64,000 bases of DNA from Planctomycetota bacterium. Lineage in GTDB: Bacteria; Planctomycetota; PLA2; JAEUHO01. Location: NCBI GenBank assembly GCA_965223505.1, contig CBDCWP010000024.1, positions 95,094 through 159,093 on the forward strand. The letters run 5' to 3'. The position numbers and the translations under genes are program-made. Below are positions 57,606 to 64,000 of the stretch, piece by piece. The notes beneath the pieces were generated by a model. The model was not told where the DNA came from. It was given only the letters and a program-made list of their open reading frames with translations, and searched no databases. The stretch's first letter is position 1. The number at the start of each line of letters is the position of its first letter.

Positions 57606-59123
57606 GTGAGGGCCCGCATCGTTCCCATGCTGCTGGCGGTTTGCTGTCTCTGGACGGGCGGCGTCTGCGCCGAGAGTGCGGACCTCGACGCGCTCGTCGC
57701 GGAGTACGAGGCGACGCTCGGCCGGCACGACGACCGGGCCTACCGCGAGCAGAGCCGGATCCTCACCGAGATCGCCGACCTGCGCACGGGAAGCGCGCAG
57801 ATGAAGCTGCGGGCGTTGCTCGCGCAGCACGCGAAGATCGACCGGATGCGCACCGCGCACCTCATGCGCGCCGTCCTGCGGTGGGGTACCGCGAAGGACG
57901 TCGACGACATCATCCGCGACGTGGAGCGTCGCCGTGACGACCTGTTGCGCGAGACGCTCGCGACGATCCTGGCCGAGGTGCGCCGGCCTTCGGCGCAGAA
58001 GCACCTGCGCGAGGACGTGCTGCACCGCGCCGCCCCCCCCATCCGCGTCCAGGTCGTGCGCGCCATCGGGCTGATCGGCGGCAAGGAAGCCGTCTTCACG
58101 CTGTTGCCGCTGCTGCGGGAGCAGCCCCTGGAGGTGCTCGTCGAGACGCTCGGGGCGCTCGGCGTGCTGCAGGACGACCGCGCCTTGCGCATGGTCGCGC
58201 TCTTCGTGAAGCACCACGACTCGCGCGTGCGCGACGCGGCGGCGCGCGCACTCGGCATGATCGGCAACGCCGAAGCGCTGCCGACGCTGAACAAGGCGCT
58301 CGAAGACGAAGACCCGCGGGTGGTCGAGTCGGCGGCGACGGCGATCGGGCTGATCGGCGACCCGCAGAGCATCCAGCTGTTGATCGACAAGCTGAAGCTG
58401 GTGGTGGACGACAATCTCCGGCTGGCGGACGCCTACGCGAACGCGCTGCATCGCATCTCGGGCAAGCCGCTCGGCACGGACGCCGAGCACTGGCAACAGT
58501 GGTGGGACGTCGCCAAGGACAAGCCGTTCACGAAGCTGAGCGAAGAAGGCCCGAATGCGACGGTCGCGGGCGTGCGCTACTACGACATCCCGGTGCGCAG
58601 CAGCCGCGTCGTGTTCGTCCTCGACATCAGCCGCAGCATGGGCTGGAACCAGCGTCTGGACTCCGCGCAGCGCGAGCTGAACAAGGCCATCGAGAGGCTG
58701 CCGCGGCGTACGAAGTTCAACATCCTGGTCTACAGCGACGACGTCGGCGCGTTCCGGCCGCGCCTCGCCGAAGCGAAGCCGGGCACGCTGAAGCGCGCGA
58801 ACACCTACATCTCCCGCCAGCGCCCGCTCAACGGCACGAACACGTACGACGCGTTGCGCGTCGCCTTCGACGACGACGAGGTCGACACGATCTACTTCCT
58901 CTCCGACGGTCATCCGAGCGTCGGGCCGCTGGTGGACACGGAGCTGATCCTGGCCGCCGTGCGTGGCTGGAACCGCTATCGCCGCGTGCGCATCCACACG
59001 ATCGCCCTGATGCGCGGCGAGCCGCCGCGCGCCTACGCGGGCCGCGAGAACCCGCAACAGGCCAGGGACTTCATGAAGGCCCTGGCGGAGCAGAACGACG
59101 GCGTGTTCGTGAACATCCGGTAG
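57606..59123 (+). CDS. Secreted HEAT-repeat plus VWA domain protein
   Basis: HEAT repeats; MIDAS DISRSM, GTNT, LSDG. Start at 57606 or 57627. Confidence 0.88.
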   Translation: MRARIVPMLLAVCCLWTGGVCAESADLDALVAEYEATLGRHDDRAYREQSRILTEIADLRTGSAQMKLRALLAQHAKIDRMRTAHLMRAVLRWGTAKDVDDIIRDVERRRDDLLRETLATILAEVRRPSAQKHLREDVLHRAAPPIRVQVVRAIGLIGGKEAVFTLLPLLREQPLEVLVETLGALGVLQDDRALRMVALFVKHHDSRVRDAAARALGMIGNAEALPTLNKALEDEDPRVVESAATAIGLIGDPQSIQLLIDKLKLVVDDNLRLADAYANALHRISGKPLGTDAEHWQQWWDVAKDKPFTKLSEEGPNATVAGVRYYDIPVRSSRVVFVLDISRSMGWNQRLDSAQRELNKAIERLPRRTKFNILVYSDDVGAFRPRLAEAKPGTLKRANTYISRQRPLNGTNTYDALRVAFDDDEVDTIYFLSDGHPSVGPLVDTELILAAVRGWNRYRRVRIHTIALMRGEPPRAYAGRENPQQARDFMKALAEQNDGVFVNIR

Positions 59124-59148
59124 GTAGGGGCAGCCCTCGTGGCTGCCC
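59124..59148 (+). repeat. GTAG-family REP-like palindrome
   Basis: GTAG + GGGCAGCC-CTCGT-GGCTGCCC immediately after a stop codon, between convergent genes. Confidence 0.6.
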
Positions 59149-59213
59149 AACGAAAGACGGCGACGTTTGGGCGACCAGGCGCTCCTGACCCCGCAACCCG
59201 GCCCCGACGCCGG

Positions 59214-60554
59214 TCACGGCGTGCTGTACTTGGTGGGGATCACGGCTGCGAACCCGCCGTCGGTCTCCCGCGACGGGAAAACGCGCTGCGCATCGAACGA
59301 CGCGCCCGGCGCGAAGCGCCCGACGACGTCCTCGTTCTCCTCGCGCTCGAGAGAACACGTGCTGTACACGATCGTGCCGCCCGGCTTCACGACGGCACGG
59401 GCACGTCGTAGCAGGTCGACCTGCAGATCGGCCAACGCCGCAATGTCCTCCGGCGACAAGCGCCAGCGCGCCTCGACCCTGCGGCGCAGGACCCCGGTGT
59501 TCGAGCACGGCGCATCGACCAGGACGGCGTCGAACTCGCCCTGCTCGAACGGGAGCGGGCCTTCGCGCGGGACCTTCACTGCCGCCAGCTCGACGGGCGC
59601 GACGACGTCCTTCAACGCGCGCAGTCCTTCGACCTTCTCCTCGTCCACGTCGCAGGCGACGATCGACCCCGCGCCCATGAGGTCGGCCATGTGCACGGTC
59701 TTGCCGCCCGGCGCGGCGCATAGATCGAGCACGCGCATCCCCGCTTCCAAACCGAGCAACGGAGCGACGCGCTGCGACGACGCATCCTGCACATAGGCGC
59801 GTCCGTCTTCGATCGCTCGACGAACGGCATCGTTCACCGCTGGAACGAGAACGGCCGTGGGCAGCGGACCGTGGCGCGCGTCCGTGCCGGCCTTACGCAA
59901 CGCGTCGATCAAGGCGTCCCGGACCTTGCGCGCGCGCAGACAAACCGCCGGTCGCGTGATCCCCGCGCGCAGGATGTCTTCGGTGCGCTCGCGCTGCCAC
60001 TGATCGAGCCACCGCTCGACGAGCCACGTCGGACACGAGAAGCGACCGCCCAGGTTCTCCGCTTCGCTCTCGGCGGGATCCGCGAACACCGCGGCGCGCA
60101 TGCGCAGACGACTTCCGTCCTCGCGCGGGACGTCGCGCAGCGGATCCTCCGCGCCGCGCGCCACGCCTTCGATCCCGCGTCCGATGTTTCGCAACACACC
60201 GTTCACGAAGCCGGCACGCTTGCGCCCCGCGTGTTCGCGCGCCCAGGTCACCGCGTGATCGACGGCGGCATGGCCGGGAATGCGATCGAGGAACACCATC
60301 TGGTAGAGCCCGAGCCGAAGCGCCGTGCGAACGACGCCGTGCAGCACCTTCAGCGGGCGGCGTGACGCGCCGGCCAGCAGCGCGTCCAGCGTGCCTCGAC
60401 GTCGAATCGTGCCGAGCGCGAGCTCGGTGAGCAGCGCGCGCTCGCGCGGGTCCTCCAGCGCGGCCCTGCGCGCCTCGATATGGGCACGCGCCCAGGTCCC
60501 GGACCGGTCCCAGGCCAGCAGGAGGTCGGCAGCGTGATCGCGCGCAGAGGGCAT
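59214..60554 (-). CDS. rsmB: 16S rRNA m5C967 methyltransferase RsmB/Sun
   Basis: NusB-like N-terminus (GFVNGVLR); QD.SSQ, DLCAAPGGK, DAPCS, YSTCS motifs. Confidence 0.9.
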   Translation of the reverse strand: MPSARDHAADLLLAWDRSGTWARAHIEARRAALEDPRERALLTELALGTIRRRGTLDALLAGASRRPLKVLHGVVRTALRLGLYQMVFLDRIPGHAAVDHAVTWAREHAGRKRAGFVNGVLRNIGRGIEGVARGAEDPLRDVPREDGSRLRMRAAVFADPAESEAENLGGRFSCPTWLVERWLDQWQRERTEDILRAGITRPAVCLRARKVRDALIDALRKAGTDARHGPLPTAVLVPAVNDAVRRAIEDGRAYVQDASSQRVAPLLGLEAGMRVLDLCAAPGGKTVHMADLMGAGSIVACDVDEEKVEGLRALKDVVAPVELAAVKVPREGPLPFEQGEFDAVLVDAPCSNTGVLRRRVEARWRLSPEDIAALADLQVDLLRRARAVVKPGGTIVYSTCSLEREENEDVVGRFAPGASFDAQRVFPSRETDGGFAAVIPTKYSTP

Positions 60555-60641
60555 CAGGGCGCATGGTGCCCGAGGAGGTCGTCCGCGCGGACGCAAGTTC
60601 GCGAGAACGTGGTACAAGTTCCGCCGCTCAGGAGGTTGCTC

Positions 60642-61298
60642 ATGGCGCAGTATTCCCGTTCCCGTTCCGGCGGACGTTCACGAAGCAGCGGCGGGGCCCG
60701 CAGGTCCGGCGGGGGTGGCGCGCGTCGTTCGGGCGGCGGCAGTGGTGGTGGTGGCGGCGGCCAGCGCGGGCGCCGCGGTCCTCCTCCGCGGCAGAGCAGC
60801 AGCGCCGCGCCGATGGCGATCGCCATCCTGGCGGTCGGCGGCATCATCGTGCTGCTGATCGTCCTGAACAGCGGGAAGGACGACAAGGCGAAGGAGACCG
60901 TCGGTCCGAGCACGACCCCGGCGGCGTCCGGTCCGGTCAAGCCGGACGGTCCGGTCGAGAAGCCGCGCCTGCCCGTGCCGAACGTGAGCCCGGCGCTCCA
61001 GGACAAGGGCAACCAGCTCGTCCAGGAGATGGAGAACGTCTACAAGACCGCGGCGGCGTTGGCCGACGAGGCCAAGCAGGCACAGAAAGACGGTCGCCGC
61101 GCGGAGTGGCAAGACAAGCTCCAGAAAGCGCACGACACGTTGAGCGACGCGACGGATCTGTGGAACGAGATCGTCGCCGAGATGCCGAGCAACGCGGACT
61201 GGGACGAAGACCAGGTCGCGGACCACTACTTCGGGAAGATCTGGACGAAGATCGGCAAGCTCAAGGCGACGTTTAAGACGGACCTCACGTCCAAGTAG
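60642..61298 (+). CDS. Bitopic membrane protein with Arg/Ser/Gly low-complexity N-terminus
   Basis: AGGAGG RBS; SRSRSGGRSRSSGG... tract, one TM, Pro-rich linker, helical C-terminal domain. Confidence 0.8.
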   Translation: MAQYSRSRSGGRSRSSGGARRSGGGGARRSGGGSGGGGGGQRGRRGPPPRQSSSAAPMAIAILAVGGIIVLLIVLNSGKDDKAKETVGPSTTPAASGPVKPDGPVEKPRLPVPNVSPALQDKGNQLVQEMENVYKTAAALADEAKQAQKDGRRAEWQDKLQKAHDTLSDATDLWNEIVAEMPSNADWDEDQVADHYFGKIWTKIGKLKATFKTDLTSK

Positions 61299-61313
61299 CG
61301 TCGGACAAGCGCC

Positions 61314-62141
61314 GTGGCGCGCATCTACTACAACACCAACGGGTTCGCGTTCCATCGTCTCGACGACGTGATTCGCATCCTCGCGGAGCTCGGCTACGAC
61401 GGCGTCGCGTTGACGCCCGACGTACATCACCTCGATCCCTTTCACACGACGACCGATGAGGTGCGCGCATTCCGTGTCGCGCTCGAGGCGCATGGGCTCG
61501 GCGTGGTCATCGAGACGGGAGCGCGCTTCGTGCTCGATCCGCGGCGCAAGCATCGACCGAGCCTGCTGGACGAACCCGAAGACGCGGCGCGGCGCGTCGA
61601 CTTCCTGCATCGCTGCGTCGATCTCGCGGCCGACGTCGCCGCGCCGGTCGTGACGCTGTGGTCGGGCAACGGCCCCGACGGACTCACGGACGAGGGGATG
61701 GTGGAGCGGCTGACGTCGGGACTGCGATCGGTTTGCGCGCACGGGGCGCAGCGCGGCGTTCGCATCGGGTTCGAGCCGGAGCCCGGCATGGCCGTCGAGA
61801 CGGCGGCGCAATGGACCGCGGTGCGCGACGCCGTCGATCATCCCGCCCTCGGTCTCACGCTGGACGTCGGACACGTTCTCGCCAATTGCGAGGGCGATCC
61901 GGCAGACGTGATCCGTGAGCATGCCGCCGATCTTCTGGTCCTGCAGGTCGACGACCACCGCGCAGGGGTCCACGAACACCTCGCGTTCGGCGACGGTGAG
62001 GTGGAGTTCCCCGCCGTCGGTGCGGCGGTCCGGGAGAGCGGTTTCACGGGCCCCATCGAGGTCGAATTGTCACGACATTCGGCAACCGCGCCCGCCACGG
62101 CGGCGGATTCCATCGCGTTTCTTCGTGCCTGCTTCACATAG
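61314..62141 (+). CDS. Sugar phosphate isomerase/epimerase (xylose-isomerase-like TIM barrel, ebo-associated type)
   Basis: YNTNGF..HRL, ETGARFVLDP..KH.P, EPEPG, LDVGH, HEHL, VELSRH motifs. Confidence 0.85.
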   Translation: MARIYYNTNGFAFHRLDDVIRILAELGYDGVALTPDVHHLDPFHTTTDEVRAFRVALEAHGLGVVIETGARFVLDPRRKHRPSLLDEPEDAARRVDFLHRCVDLAADVAAPVVTLWSGNGPDGLTDEGMVERLTSGLRSVCAHGAQRGVRIGFEPEPGMAVETAAQWTAVRDAVDHPALGLTLDVGHVLANCEGDPADVIREHAADLLVLQVDDHRAGVHEHLAFGDGEVEFPAVGAAVRESGFTGPIEVELSRHSATAPATAADSIAFLRACFT

Positions 62142-62278
62142 CCGCGTGCGACAGCCCTGGCGGGCGCCTTGAGCGGATCCGGGCCGTGTGGTCCAATCCT
62201 CCCCCTCGTTCGATCCCAAAGCGTGTCGCACCCGCGACTCACGCCTTCACCCCCACCCCCGACCGGACCCGCATCTCC

Positions 62279-64000
62279 ATGGAACCCGAGCCCAACGCGA
62301 CTCCGGAGGAGTCGACTCCGCCTAGCGAACAGGAAGCAACGAAGGCACCGGACGCGGCGTCGGTCGAAGAGCCGACCACCGGCGGCGGCGACGCGCCGAG
62401 TGAAGCCGTGACCGAGCAGACCGAGGCGGCGGCGAAGCGCAGCGGGGACGAGAGCGCGGCGTCGGAGACAGAGGACCCGGCGGCATCCGAGGCGGGCGAC
62501 GAGGGGGCGGACGAGAAGCCCGGCGAAGGCGAGAAGGACGGCGAGGCCGTAGCCGCCAAGGGCAAGAGGAAGAAGAAGAAAGCGAAGAAGCGCGTGGCGA
62601 GGCGACGCCCTCCGCCCAAGGCGCCCGAACCGCCGCTGCCGCCCGAGCTGAAGGCGGAAGCCAGGGAAGCAGCGCTCGCGCGGCTCATCGCCATGTCGAA
62701 GTCCGGCGCCAAGGCGGTCACCGCCGCGCTGGACATGCTCGAGCGTGGTCTCTCGATCCCGTTCATCGCGCGGTTCCGTCGTCGCCAGACGAACGGCTTC
62801 GACGAACGCCGCCTGCGCGGATTGCGCGACGAGGCCGAACACGTCCTGCGTCAAGAAGAGCGCCGCGTCGGCATTCGCGAGCTGCTGAAGCAACGCGGCG
62901 CGCTCACGGACGAGACCGCGGCGAAGCTCGCGAGCGTCGAGACGATTCCGGAGATGGAAGACCTCGCCGCCCCGTATCTGCCCGTCACGGCCAGCCGCGC
63001 CACCGTTGCGCGCGGTCAGGGTCTCGAGCCGCTCGCCGACGCGATCCGCGCCGCGACCGAGACGCAGCCCCTGTCGGAGGTCGGCAGACCCTTCGTCGGG
63101 GAAGGCGCCGACGGCACCGCGATCGACAAGGCGCTCGGCGGCGCACGCGACATCATCGCGGAGGAGTTCTGCCTCGCGCCCAAGCTGCGCGCCCGCCTGC
63201 GCTCCCTGTTCCGGAAAGAGGGCAAGCTCAACGTGACGCTGCGCTCGGAGCGCAAGGGGGACGCGGGCCGGCACGCCAATCTCATCGGGCTCGAAGAGCG
63301 GGTCAGCAAGATCCCGGCGCTCAAGATCCTCGCCGTGCGGCGTGCCGAGAAGGAGCGCGTCGTCGTCAGCACGATCGAGCCGCCGGAAGAGAAGGCGCTG
63401 GCGATCATCCACGAGCTGGCGGCGCCGGAGAGCAACCCGCACGCGGGGTTCCTGCGCGCCGCGGGCGAAGACGGCTACCGGCGGATCCTGAAGCCGCTCC
63501 TGCAGAAGGAGTTGCGCGACCTGCTGAAGCGTCGCGCCGACGCGCTGGCCATGGAGACGTACGAGCGCAACCTGCGCAACCTGCTGCTGGGCCCGCGTGC
63601 GGGCGCCCGACGGACGCTCGGCCTGCGTCCCGACGTGACGAACGGGCATCATTGGTGCGCCGTCGACGAGGGCGGGCTGCCGGTCGGCTGCGGTATGCTG
63701 CCGCACGAGCCGACGGCAGGCCGCGAGGCGTGCATCGCCGAGCTCCAGCAGGTGATGAAGACGTACGAGGTCTCGGCCGTCGCGGTCGGCACGACGGGCG
63801 GCCGCGCCGAGGCGGTCTCGCTCGCCAAGGAAGCGGCCGGCGAAGGCGTGGACGTCGCGGAGGTCGCCGACGGCGGTACGCGCACTCTGGAAGCGCTCGG
63901 CCCGCTCGAGCTCGACGAGCGCCCGACGATCACGCCGGAGTGTCGCGGCGCGATGTCGCTCGCGTGCCGGTTCCAAGATCCGCTCGCCGAGCTGATTCGC
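62279..64000 (+). CDS. tex: Divergent Tex-family (Spt6-like) protein with acidic/basic N-terminal extension (3' end outside window)
   Basis: Manual translation: GLSIPFIARFRRRQTNGFDE, EMEDLAAPY, NLRNLLLGP, RGAMSLACRFQDPLAEL. Not in the ORF track. Confidence 0.85.
   Translation, partial: MEPEPNATPEESTPPSEQEATKAPDAASVEEPTTGGGDAPSEAVTEQTEAAAKRSGDESAASETEDPAASEAGDEGADEKPGEGEKDGEAVAAKGKRKKKKAKKRVARRRPPPKAPEPPLPPELKAEAREAALARLIAMSKSGAKAVTAALDMLERGLSIPFIARFRRRQTNGFDERRLRGLRDEAEHVLRQEERRVGIRELLKQRGALTDETAAKLASVETIPEMEDLAAPYLPVTASRATVARGQGLEPLADAIRAATETQPLSEVGRPFVGEGADGTAIDKALGGARDIIAEEFCLAPKLRARLRSLFRKEGKLNVTLRSERKGDAGRHANLIGLEERVSKIPALKILAVRRAEKERVVVSTIEPPEEKALAIIHELAAPESNPHAGFLRAAGEDGYRRILKPLLQKELRDLLKRRADALAMETYERNLRNLLLGPRAGARRTLGLRPDVTNGHHWCAVDEGGLPVGCGMLPHEPTAGREACIAELQQVMKTYEVSAVAVGTTGGRAEAVSLAKEAAGEGVDVAEVADGGTRTLEALGPLELDERPTITPECRGAMSLACRFQDPLAELIR

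Overview
High-GC bacterial chromosome segment. The lineage is probably Planctomycetota; this is an inference from the HEAT/VWA, DUF1573, prenyltransferase-repeat and membrane-anchored ECF sigma-factor content. About 47 protein genes are supportable, including arfB and a tex-like gene that run off the window edges and are missing from the ORF track. Other recognisable genes: rluA-family, ZIP+CDF transporters, icmF, mog, eboE, nrdJ, aguBA, coaB, cysS, rsmB. I saw no rRNA, tRNA, CRISPR array or transposase. Highlights: (1) a standalone 75-aa bacterial histone-fold gene with a Lys/Arg-rich N-terminal tail (24619-24846), divergent from the B12-dependent ribonucleotide reductase nrdJ across about 1.37 kb of non-coding DNA; (2) within that spacer, tandem NrdR boxes, a GGAGG-rich repeat in the nrdJ leader, and a candidate ECF-driven sRNA with an anti-Shine-Dalgarno loop (a similar loop lies 3' of a fasciclin gene); (3) two head-to-head membrane-tethered ECF sigma factors, each with an in-frame internal GGAGG-N4-ATG just before the TM helix, suggesting a second, sigma-less product; (4) a divergent Tex (Spt6 homolog) with an acidic N-terminal extension. 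All family calls come from motif recognition, not database searches.
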